Shown: positions 11,190 through 23,739 of the stretch, piece after piece
Layout: the number at the start of each line of letters is the position of its first letter
How positions within the stretch are numbered: position 1 is the stretch's first letter
From: Eledone cirrhosa
Taxonomy: Eukaryota
Direction of reading: 5' to 3'
NCBI GenBank assembly: GCA_964016885.1
Contig: OZ024744.1
Span: forward strand, 6,882,001-6,946,000
Length of the DNA stretch: 64,000 bases
The notes under the pieces: model-generated
What the model was told of the DNA's origin: nothing
Seen by the model: only the letters and a program-made list of their open reading frames with translations
Databases searched by the model: none
Made by a program: the position numbers and the translations under genes

Positions 11190-13160
11190 TACTGCAGTAT
11201 TGAACTGATGAAGGTGTGGTCTAGTAAGGGTTATGTCTACTGCAGTATTGCACTGATGTAGGTGTGGTGCAGTAACGGTCATGTCTACAGCAGTATTGCA
11301 CTGATGTAGGTGTGGTGCAGTAACGGTTATTTCTACTGCAGTATTGCACTGAGCTAGGTGTGGTGCAGTAACGGTTATGTCTACTGCAGTATTGCACTGA
11401 TGAAGGTGTGGTGCAGTAAAGGTTATTTCTACTGCTGTATTGCACTGAGATAGGTGTGGTGCAGTAACATTTATGTCTACTGCAGTATTGCACTGAGGTA
11501 GGTGTGGTGCAGTAACGGTTATGTCTACTGCAGTATTGCACTGATGTAGGTGTGGTGCAGTAACGGTTATTTCTACTGCAGTATTGCACTGATGTAGGTG
11601 TGGTGCAGTAACGGTTATGTCTACTTGAAGTATTGCACTGATGTAGGTGTGGTGCAGTAACAGTTATGTCTACTGCAGTATTGCACTGATGTAGGTGTGG
11701 TGGAATAACGGTTATGTCTACTGCAGTATTGCATTGATGTAGGCGTGGTGCAGTAACGGTTATGTCTACTGCAGTATTGCACTGATATAGGCGTGGTGCA
11801 GTAACGGTTATGTCTACTGCAGTATTGCACTGATGTAGGCGTGGTGCAGTAACGGTTATGTCTACTGCAGTATTGCACTGATTAGGTGTGGTGCAGTAAC
11901 GGTTATTGCTACTGCAGTATTGCACTGATGTAGGTGTGGTGCATTAACGCTTATGTCTACTGCAGTATTGCACTGAGGTAGGTGTGGTGCAGTAACCGTT
12001 ATGTCTACTGCAGTATTGCACTGAGGTAGGTGTGGTGCAGTAACGGTTATGTCTACCGCAGTATTGCACTATTGTAGGTGTGGTGCAGTAACGTTTATGT
12101 CTACTGCAGTATTGCACTGATGTAGGTGTGGTGCAGTAACAGTTATGTCTACTGCAGTATTGAACTGATGAAGGTGTGGTCTAGTAAGGGTTATGTCTAC
12201 TGCAGTATTGCACTGATGTAGGTGTGGTGCAGTAACGGTCATGTCTACAGCAGTATTGCACTGATGTAGGTGTGGTGCAGTAACGGTTATTTCTACTGCA
12301 GTATTGCACTGAGGTAAGTGTGGTGCAGTAACGGTTATGTCTACTGCAGTATTGCACTGAGCTAGGTGTGGTGCAGTAACGGTTATGTCTACTGCAGTAT
12401 TGCACTGATGAAGGTGTGGTGCAGTAAAGGTTATTTCTACTGCTGTATTGCACTGAGATAGGTGTGGTGCAGTAACATTTATGTCTACTACTGTATTGCA
12501 CTGAGGTAGGTGTGGTGCAGTAACGGTTATGTCTACTGCAGTATTGCACTGATGTAGGTGTGGTGCAGTAACGGTTATTTCTACTGCAGTATTGCACTGA
12601 TGTAGGTGTGGTGCAGTAACGGTTATGTCTACTTGAAGTATTGCACTGATGTAGGTGTGGTGCAGTAACAGTTATGTCTACTGCAGTATTGCACTGATGT
12701 AGGTGTGGTGGAATAACGGTTATGTCTACTGCAGTATTGCATTGATGTAGGCGTGGTGCAGTAACGGTTATGTCTACTGCAGTATTGCACTGATATAGGC
12801 GTGGTGCAGTAACGGTTATGTCTACTGCAGTATTGCACTGATGTAGGCGTGGTGCAGTAACGGTTATGTCTACTGCAGTATTGCACTGATTAGGTGTGGT
12901 GCAGTAACGGTTATTGCTACTGCAGTATTGCACTGATGTAGGTGTGGTGCATTAACGCTTATGTCTACTGCAGTATTGCACTGAGGTAGGTGTGGTGCAG
13001 TAACCGTTATGTCTACTGCAGTATTGCACTGAGGTAGGTGTGGTGCAGTAACGGTTATGTCTACCGCAGTATTGCACTATTGTAGGTGTGGTGCAGTAAC
13101 GTTTATGTCTACTGCAGTATTGCACTGATGTAGGTGTGGTGCAGTAACAGTTATGTCTAC
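11190..13160. repeat. Tandem duplication of a shortened 20/21-monomer HOR (960-1,008 bp)
   Basis: ORF pair 11221/12181 is offset by 960 (20x48); 11621/12629 and landmarks 11944/12952 by 1,008 (21x48). Both copies share the same truncated landmark cassette lacking the TAGCGGTA monomer. Confidence 0.85.
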
Positions 13161-14159
13161 TGCAGTATTGCACTGAGGTAGGTGTGGTGCAGTAACGGTT
13201 ATGTCTACTGCAGTATTGAACTGAGGTAGGTGTGGTGCAGTAACGGTTATTTCTACTGCAGTATTGCACTATTGTAGGTGTAGTGCAGTAACGGTTATGT
13301 CTACTGCAGTATTGCACTGATGTAGGTGTGGTGCAGTAACGGTTATGTCTACTGCAATATTGCACTGATGTAGGTGTGGTGCAGTAACGTTTATGTCTAC
13401 TGCAGTATTGCACTGATGTAGGTGTGGTGCAGTAACAGTTATGTCTACTGCAGTATTGCACTGAGGTAGGTGTGGTGCAGTAAAGGTTATGTCTACTGCA
13501 GTATTGAACTGAGGTAGGTGTGGTGCAGTAACGGTTATTTCTACTGCAGTATTGCACTATTGTAGGTGTAGTGCAGTAACGGTTATGTCTACTGCAGTAT
13601 TGCACTGAGGTAAGTGTGGTGCAGTAACGGTTATGTCTACTGCAGTATTGCACTGAGCTAGGTGTGGTGCAGTAACGGTTATGTCTACTGCAGTATTGCA
13701 CTGATGAAGGTGTGGTGCAGTAAAGGTTATTTCTACTGCTGTATTGCACTGAGATAGGTGTGGTGCAGTAACATTTATGTCTACTGCAGTATTGCACTGA
13801 GGTAGGTCTGGTGCAGTAACGGTTATGTCTACTGCAGTATTGCACTGATGTAGGCGTGGTGCAGTAACGATTATGTCTACTGCAGTATTGCACTGAGGCA
13901 GGTGTGGTGCATTAACGGTTATGTCTACTGCAGTATTGCACTGAGGTAGGTGTGGTGCAGTAACGGATATGTCTACTGCAGTATTGCACTGAGGTAGGTG
14001 TGGTGCAGTACCGGTTATGTCTACTGCAGTATTGCACTGATGTAGGTGTGGTGCAGTAACGGTTATTTCTACTGCAGTATTGCACTGATGTAGGTGTGGT
14101 GCAGTAACGGTTATGTCTACTTGAAGTATTGCACTGATGTAGGTGTGGTGCAGTAACAG

Positions 14160-17100
14160 TTATGTCTACTGCAGTATTGCACTGATGTAGGTGTGGTGGA
14201 ATAACGGTTATGTCTACTGAAGTATTGCACTGAGTTAGGTGTGGTGCAGTAACGGTATGTCTACTGCAGTATTGCACTGATGTAGGTGTGGTGCATTAAC
14301 GCTTATGTCTACTGCAGTATTGCATTGATGTAGGCGTGGTGCAGTAACGGTTATGTCTACTGCAGAATTGCACTGATATAGGCGTGGTGCAGTAACGGTT
14401 ATGTCTACTGCAGTATTGCACTGATGTAGGCGTGGTGCAGTAACGGTTATGTCTACTGCAGTATTGCACTGATTAGGTGTGGTGCAGTAACGGTTATTGC
14501 TACTACAGTATTGCACTGATGTAGGTGTGGTGCATTAACGCTTATGTCTACTGCAGTATTGCACTGAGGTAGGTGTGGTGCAGTAACCGTTATGTCTACT
14601 GCAGTATTGCACTGAGGTAGGTGTGGTGCAGTAACGGTTATGTCTACCACAGTATTGCACTATTGTAGGTGTGGTGCAGTAACGTTTATGTCTACTGCAA
14701 TATTGCACTGATATAGTTGTGGTGCAGTAACGGTTATGTCTACTGCAGTATTGCACTGAGATAGGTGTGGTGCAGTAAGCGTTATGTTTACTGCAGTTTT
14801 GCACTGATGTAGGTGTGGTGCAGTAACAGTTATGTCTACTGCAGTATTGCACTGAGGTAGATGTGGTGCAGTAACGGTTATGTCTACTGCAGTATTGAAC
14901 TGAGGTAGGTGTGGTGCAGTAACGGTTATTTCTACTGCAGTATTGCACTATTGTAGGTGTAGTGCAGTAACGGTTATGTCTGCTGCAGTATTGCACTGAT
15001 GTAGGTGTGGTGCAGTAACGGTTATGTCTACTGCAATATTGAACTGATGTAGGTGTGGTGCAGTAACGGTTATGTCTACTGCAGTATTGCACTGATGTAG
15101 GTGTGGTGCAGTAACGGTTATGTCTTCTGAAGTATTGCACTGATGTAGGTGTGGTGCTGTAACGGTTATGTCTACTGCAGTATTGCACTGAGGTAGGTGT
15201 GGTGCTGTAACGGTTATGTCTACTGCAGTATTGCACTGAGGTAGGTGTGGCGCAGTAACGGCTATGTCCACTGCAGTATTGCACTGATGTAGGTGTGGTG
15301 CAGTAACGGTTATTTCTACTGCATTATTGCACTGATGTAGGTGTGGTGCAGTAACGGTTATTTCTACTGCATTATTGCACTGATGTAGGTGTGGTGCAGT
15401 AACGGTTAGGTCTACTGCAGTATTGCACTGAGGTAGGTGTGGTGCAGTAACGGTTATGTCTACTGTAGTATTGCACTGAGGTATGTGTGGTGCAGTAACG
15501 GTTATGTCTACTGCAGTATTTCACTGATGTAGGTGTGTTGCCGTAATGGTTATGTCTACTGCAGTATTGCACTGAAATATGTGTTGTGCAGTAACGGTTA
15601 TGTCTACTGCAGTCTTGCACTGAGATAAATGTGGTGCAGTAACGGTTATGTCTACTGCAGTATTTCACTGATGAAGGTGTGGTGCTGTAACAGTTATGTC
15701 TACTGCAGTATTGCACTGAAGTAGGTGTGGTGCAGTAACGGTTATGTCTAATGCAGTAATGCACTGAGGTAGGTGTGGTGCAGTAACGGTTATGTCTACT
15801 GCAGTATTGCACTGATGTAGGTGTGGTGCAGTAACGGTTATGTCTACTGCAGTATTGCACTGATGAAGGTGTGGTGCAGTAACGGTTATGTCTACAGCAG
15901 TATTGCACTGATGTATGCGTGGTGCAGTAACGGTCATGTCTACAGCAGTATTGCACTGATGTAGGTGTGGTGCAGTAACGGTTATTTCTACTGCAGTATT
16001 GCACTGAGGTAGGTGTGGTGTAGTAACGGGTATGTCTCTGCAGTATTACACTGATGTAGGTGTGGTGCAGTAACGGTTATGTCTACTGCAGTATTGCACT
16101 GATGAAGGTGTGGTGCAGTAACGGTTATATCTACTGCAGTAACGCACTGATGTAGGTGTGGTGCAGTAACGGTCATGTCTACAGCAGTATTGCACTGATG
16201 TAGGTGTATAGCAGTAACGGTTATGTCTACTGCCGTATTGCACTGATGAAGGTGTGGTGCAGTAACGGTTATGTCTACTGCAGTATTGCACTGATGAAGG
16301 TGTGGTTCAGTAACGTTTATGTCTATTGCAGTATTGCACTGAGGTAGGTGTGGTGCAGTAACGGTTATGTCTACTGCAGTATTGCACTGATGAAGGTGTG
16401 GTACAGTAACCGTTATGTCTACTGCAGTATTGCACTGATGTAGGTGTGGTGGAGTAACAGTTATGTCTACTGCAGTATTGCACTGAGTTAGGTGTGGTGC
16501 TGTAGCGGTATGTCTACTGCAGTATTGCACTGATGTAGGTGTGGTGCATTAACGCTCATGTCTACTGCAGTATTGCACTGATGTAGGCGTGGTGCAGTAA
16601 CGGTTATGTCTACTGCAGTATTGCACTGATGTAGGCGTGGTGCAGTAACGGTTATGTCTACTGCAGTATTGCACTGATGTAGGCGTGGTGCAGTAACGGT
16701 TATGTCTACTGCAGTATTGCACGGATTAGGTGTGGTGCAGTAACGGTTATTTCTACTGCAGTATTGCACTGATGTAGGTGTGGTGCATTAACGCTTATGT
16801 CTACTGCAGTATTGCACTGAGGTAGGTGTGGTGCAGTAACGGTTATGTCTACTGCAGTATTGCACTGATGTAGGTGTGGTGCAGTAACGGGTATGTCTAC
16901 CGCAGTATTGCACTATTGTAGGTGTGGTGCAGTAACGGTTATGTCTACTGCAATATTGCACTGATATAGGTGTAGTGCAGTAACGGTTATGTATACTGCA
17001 GTATTGCACTAAGTTATGTGTGGTGCAGTATCGGTTATGTCTACAGCAGTATTGCACTGAGGTAGGTGTGGTGCAGTAACGGTTATGTATACTCCAGTAT

Positions 17101-20100
17101 TGCACTGATGTAGGTGTGGTGCAGTAACGGGTATGTCTACTGCAGTATTGCACTGATGTAGGTGTGGTGCAGTAACAGTTATTTCTACTGCAGTATTGCA
17201 CTGATGTATGTGTGGTGCAGTAACGGACATGTCTACTGCAGTATTGCACTGATGTACGTGTGGTGCAGTAACGGTTATGTCTACTGCAGTATTGCACTGA
17301 GGAAGGTGTGGTGCAGTAACGGTTATGTCTACTGCAGTATTGCACTGAGGTAGGTGTCGTGCAGTAACGGTTATGTCTACTGCAGTATTGCACTGAGATA
17401 GGTGTGGTGCAGTAACGGTTATGTCAACTGCAGTATTGCACTGATGTAGGTGTGGTGCAGTAACGCTTATGTCTCCTGCACTATTGCACTGAGGTAGGTG
17501 TGGTGCAGTAACGGATATGTCTACTGCAGTATTGCACTGACGTACGTGTGGTGCAGTAACGGTTATGTCTACTGCAATATTGCACTGATATAGGTGTAGT
17601 GCAGTAACGGTTATTTCTACTGCAGTATTGCACTGAGGTAGGTGTGGTGCAGTAACGGTTATGCCTACTACAATATTGCACTGATGTAGGTGTGGTGCAG
17701 TAACGGGTATGTCTCTGCAGTATTACACTGATGTAAGTGTGGTGCAGTAACGGTTATGTCTACTGCAGTATTGAACTGATGAAGGTGTGGTCTAGTAAGT
17801 GTTATGTCTACTGCAGTATTGCACTGATGTAGGTGTGGTGCAGTAACGGTCATGTCTACAGCAGTATTGCACTGATGTAGGTGTGGTGCAGTAACGGTTA
17901 TTTCTACTGCAGTATTGCACTGAGGTAAGTGTGGTGCAGTAACGGTTATGTCTACTGCAGTATTGCACTGAGCTAGGTGTGGTGCAGTAACGGTTATGTC
18001 TACTGCAGTATTGCACTGATGAAGGTGTGGTGCAGTAAAGGTTATTTCTACTGCTGTATTGCACTGAGATAGGTGTGGTGCAGTAACATTTATGTCTACT
18101 GCAGTATTGCACTGAGGTAGGTGTGGTGCAGTAACGGTTATGTCTACTGCAGTATTGCACTGATGTAGGCGTGGTGCAGTAACGATTATGTCTACTGCAG
18201 TATTGCACTGTGGCAGGTGTGGTGCAGTAACGGTTATGTCTACTGCAGTATTGCACTGAGGTAGGTGTGGTGCAGTAACGGTAATGTCTACTGCAGTATT
18301 GCACTGAGGTAGGTGTGGTGCAATACCGGTTATGTCTACTGCAGTATTGCACTGATGTACGTGTGGTGCAGTAACGGTTATTTCTACTGCGCTATTGCAC
18401 TGATGTAGGTGTGGTGCAGTAACGGTTATGTCTACTTGAAGTATTGCACTGATGTAGGTGTGGTGTGGTGCAGTAACAGTTATGTCTACTGCAGTATTGC
18501 ACTGATGTAGGTGTGGTGGAATAACGGTTATGTCTACTGCAGTATTGCACTGAGTTAGGTGTGGTGCAGTAGCGGTATGTCTACTGCAGTATTGCACTGA
18601 TGTAGGTGTGGTGCATTAACGCTTATGTCTACTGCAGTATTGCATTGATGTAGGCGTTGTGCAGTAACGGTTATGTCTACTGCAGTATTGCACTGATATA
18701 GGCGTGGTGCAGTAACGGTTATGTCTACTGCAGTATTGCACTGATGTAGGCGTGGTGCAGTAACGGTTATGTCTACTGCAGTATTGCACTGATTAGGTGT
18801 GGTGCAGTAACGGTTATTGCTACTGCAGTATTGCGCTGATGTAGGTGTGGTGCATTAACGCTTATGTCTACTGCAGTATTGCACTGAGGTAGGTGTGGTG
18901 CAGTAACCGTTATGTCTACTGCAGTATTGCACTGAGGTAGGTGTGGTGCAGTAACGGTTATGTCTACCGCAGTATTGCACTATTGTAGGTGTGGTGCAGT
19001 AACGTTTATGTCTACTGCAATATTGCACTGATATAGTTGTGGTGCAGTAACGGTTATGTCTACTGCAGTATTGCACTGAGATAGGTGTGGTGCAGTAACC
19101 GTTATGTTTACTGCAGTATTGCACTGATGTAGGTGTGGTGCAGTAACAGTTATGTCTACTGCAGTATTGCACTGAGGTAGGTGTGGTGCAGTAACGGTTA
19201 TGTCTACTGCAGTATTGAACTGAGGTAGGTGTGGTGCAGTAACGGTTATTTCTACTGCAGTATTGCACTATTGTAGGTGTAGTGCAGTAACGGTTATGTC
19301 TACTGCAGTATTGCACTGAGGTAGGTGTGGTGCAGTAACGGTTATGTCTACTGCAATATTGCACTGATGTAGGTGTGGTGCAGTAACGGTTATGTCTACT
19401 GCAGTATTGCCCTGATGTAGGTGTGGTGCAGTAACGGTTATGTCTTCTGAAGTATTGCACTGATGTAGGTGTGGTGCTGTAACGGTTATGTCTACTGCAG
19501 TATTGCACTGAGGTAGGTGTGGTGCTGTAACGGTTATGTCTACTGCAGTATTGCACTGAGGTAGGTGTGGCGCAGTAACGGCTATGTCCACTGCAGTATT
19601 GCACTGATGTAGGTGTGGTGCAGTAACGGTTATTTCTACTGCATTATTGCACTGATGTAGGTGTGGTGCAGTAACGGTTATTTCTACTGCATTATTGCAC
19701 TGATGTAGGTGTGGTGCAGTAACGGTTAGGTCTACTGCAGTATTGCACTGAGGTAGGTGTGGTGCAGTAACGGTTATGTCTACTGTAGTATTGCACTGAG
19801 GTATGTGTGGTGCAGTAACGGTTATGTCTACTGCAGTATTTCACTGATGTAGGTGTGTTGCCGTAATGGTTATGTCTACTGCAGTATTGCTCTGAAATAT
19901 GTGTTGTGCAGTAACGGTTATGTCTACTGCAGTCTTGCACTGAGATAAATGTGGTGCAGTAACGGTTATGTCTACTGCAGTATTTCACTGATGAAGGTGT
20001 GGTGCTGTAACAGTTATGTCTACTGCAGTATTGCACTGAAGTAGGTGTGGCGCAGTAACGGTTATGTCTAATGCAGTAATGCATGAGGTAGGTGTGGTGC

Positions 20101-22500
20101 AGTAACGGTTATGTCTACTGCAGTATTGCACTGATGTAGGTGTGGCGCAGTAACGGTTATGTCTACTGCAGTATTACACTGATGTAGGTGTGGTGCAGTA
20201 ACGGTTATGTCTACTGCAGTATTGCACTGATGAAGGTGTGGTGCAGTAACGGTTATATCTACTGCAGTAATGCACTGATGTAGGTATGGTGCAGTAACGG
20301 TCATGTCTACAGCAGTATTGCACTGATGTAGGTGTAGTGCAGTAACGGTTATGTCTACTGCAGTATTGCACTGATGAAGGTGTGGTGCAGTAACGGTTAT
20401 GTCTACTGCAGTATTGCACTGATGAAGGTGTGGTGCAGTAACGTTTATGTCTATTGCAGTATTGCACTGAGGTAGGTGTGGTGCAGTAACGGTTATGTCT
20501 ACTGCAGTATTGCACTGATGAAGGTGTGGTACAGTAACCGTTATGTCTACTGCAGTATTGCACTGATATAGGTGTGGTGGAGTAACAGTTATGTCTACTG
20601 CAGTATTGCACTGAGTTAGGTGTGGTGCAGTAGCGGTATGTCTACTGCAGTATTGCACTGATGTAGGTGTGGTGCATTAACGCTCATGTCTACTGCAGTA
20701 TTGCACTGATGTAGGCGTGGTGCAGTAACGGTTATGTCTACTGCAGTATTGCACGGATTAGGTGTGGTGCAGTAACGGTTATTTCTACTGCAGTATTTCA
20801 CTGATGTAGGTGTGGTGCATTAACGCTTATGTCTACTGCAGTATTGCACTGAGGTAGGTGTGGTGCAGTAACGGTTATGTCTACTGCAGTATTGCACTGA
20901 TGTAGGTGTGGTGCAGTAACGGGTATGTCTACCGCAGTATTGCACTGTTGTAGGTGTGGTGCAGTAACGGTTATGTCTACTGCAATATTGCACTGATATA
21001 GGTGTAGTGCAGTAACGGTTATGTATACTGCAGTATTGCACTAAGTTATGTGTGGTGCAGTATCGGTTATGTCTACAGCAGTATTGCACTGAGGTAGGTG
21101 AGGTGCAGTAATGGTTATGTCTACAGCAGTATTGCACTGAGGTAGGTGTGGTGCAGTAACGGTTATGTATACTCCAGTATTGCACTGATGTAGGTGTGGT
21201 GCAGTAACGGGTATGTCTACTGCAGTATTGCACTGATGTAGGTGTGGTGCAGTAACAGTTATTTCTACTGCAGTATTGCACTGATGTATGTGTGGTGCAG
21301 TAACGGACATGTCTACTGCAGTATTGCACTGATGTACGTGTGGTGCAGTAACGGTTATGTCTACTGCAGTATTGCACTGAGGGAGGTGTGGTGAAGTAAC
21401 GGTTATGTCTACTGCAGTATTGCACTGATGAAGGTGTGGTGCAGTAACGTTTATGTCTATTGCAGTATTGCACTGAGGTAGGTGTGGTGCAGTAACGGTT
21501 ATGTCTATTGCAGTATTGCACTGATGAAGGTGTGGTACAGTAACCGTTATGTCTACTGCAGTATTGCACTGATGTAGGTGTGGTGGAGTAACAGTTATGT
21601 CTACTGCAGTATTGCACTGAGTTAGGTGTGGTGCAGTAGCGGTATGTCTACTGCAGTATTGCACTGATGTAGGTGTGGTGCATTAACGCTCATGTCTACT
21701 GCAGTATTGCACTGATGTAGGCGTGGTGCAGTAACGGTTATGTCTACTGCAGTATTGCACTGATGTAGGCGTGGTGCAGTAACGGTTATGTCTACTGCAG
21801 TATTGCACTGATGTAGGCGTGGTGCAGTAACGGTTATGTCTACTGCAGTATTGCACGGATTAGGTGTGGTGCAGTAACGGTTATTTCTACTGCAGTATTG
21901 CACTGATATAGGTGTGGTGCATTAACGCTTATGTCTACTGCAGTATTGCACTGAGGTAGGTGTGGTGCAGTAACGGTTATGTCTACTGCAGTATTGCACT
22001 GATGTAGGTGTGGTGCAGTAACGGGTATGTCTACCGCAGTATTGCACTATTGTAGGTGTGGTGCAGTAACGGTTATGTCTACTGCAATATTGCACTGATG
22101 TAGGTGTGGTGCAGTAACAGTTATTTCTACTGCAGTATTGCACTGATGTATGTGTGGTGCAGTAACGGTTATGTCTAATGCAGTATTGCACTGAGGTAGG
22201 TGTGGTGCAGTAACGGATATGTCTACTGCAGTATTGCACTGACGTACGTGTGGTGCAGTAACGGTTATGTCTACTGCAATATTGCACTGATATAGGTGTA
22301 GTGCAGTAACGGTTATTTCTACTGCAGTATTGCACTGAGGTAGGTGTGGTGCAGTAACGGTTATGCCTACTACAATATTGCACTGATGTAGGTGTGGTGC
22401 AGTAACGGGTATGTCTCTGCAGTATTACACTGATGTAAGTGTGGTGCAGTAACGGTTATGTCTACTGCAGTATTGAACTGATGAAGGTGTGGTCTAGTAA
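14160..22500. repeat. Tandem duplication with 4,320-bp (90-monomer) offset; second copy later rearranged
   Basis: ORF pairs 14535/18855, 14948/19268 and 15372/19692 are all offset by 4,320. Private variants GGCGCAGTAACGGCTATGTCCAC (about 15249/19569), GGTTAGGTCT (about 15405/19725) and GTGTTGCCGTAATGG (about 15535/19855) are shared. The right boundary is approximate. Confidence 0.85.
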
Positions 22501-23739
22501 GGGTTATGTCTACTGCAGTATTGCACTGATGTAGGTGTGGTGCAGTAACGGTCATGTCTACAGCAGTATTGCACTGATGTAGGTGTGGTGCAGTAACGGT
22601 TATTTCTACTGCAGTATTGCACTGAGGTAAGTGTGGTGCAGTAACGGTTATGTCTACTGCGGTATTGCACTGAGCTAGGTGTGGTGCAGTAACGGTTATG
22701 TCTACTGCAGTATTGCACTGATGAAGGTGTGGTGCAGTAAAGGTTATTTCTACTGCTGTATTGCACTGAGATAGGTGTGGTGCAGTAACATTTATGTCTA
22801 CTGCAGTATTGCACTGAGGTAGGTGTGGTGCAGTAACGGTTATGTCTACTGCAGTATTGCACTGATGTAGGCGTGGTGCAGTAACGATTATGTCTACTGC
22901 AGTATTGCACTGAGGCAGGTGTGGTGCAGTAACGGTTATGTCTACTGCAGTATTGCACTGAGGTAGGTGTGGTGCAGTAACGGTAATGTCTACTGCAGTA
23001 TTGCACTGAGGTAGGTGTGGTGCAGTACCGGTTATGTCTACTGCAGTATTGCACTGTTGTAGGTGTGGTGCAGTAACGGTTATTTCTACTGCAGTATTGC
23101 ACTGATGTAGGTGTGGTGCAGTAACGGTTATGTCTACTTGAAATATTGCACTGATGTAGGTGTGGTGCAGTAACAGTTATGTCTACTGCAGTATTGCACT
23201 GATGTAGGTGTGGTGGAATAACGGTTATGTCTACTGCAGTATTGCACTGAGTTAGGTGTGGTGCAGTAGCTGTATGTCTACTGCAGTATTGCACTGATGT
23301 AGGTGTGGTGCATTAACGCTTATGTCTACTGCAGTATTGCATTGATGTAGGCGTGGTGCAGTAACGGTTATGTCTACTGCAGTATTGCACTGATATAGGC
23401 GTGGTGCAGTAACGGTTATGTCTACTGCAGTATTGCACTGATGTAGGCGTGGTGCAGTAACGGTTATGTCTACTGCAGTATTGTACTGATTAGGTGTGGT
23501 GCAGTAACGGTTATTGCTACTGCAGTATTGCACTGAGGTAGGTGTGGTGTAGTAACGGTTATGTCTACTGCAGTATTGAACTGAGGTAGGTGTGGTGCAG
23601 TAACGGTTATTTCTACTGCAGTATTGCACTATTGTAGGTGTAGTGCAGTAACGGTTATGTCTACTGCAGTATTGCACTGATGTAGGTGTGGTGCAGTAAC
23701 GGTTATGTCTACTGCAATATTGCACTGATGTAGGTGTGG

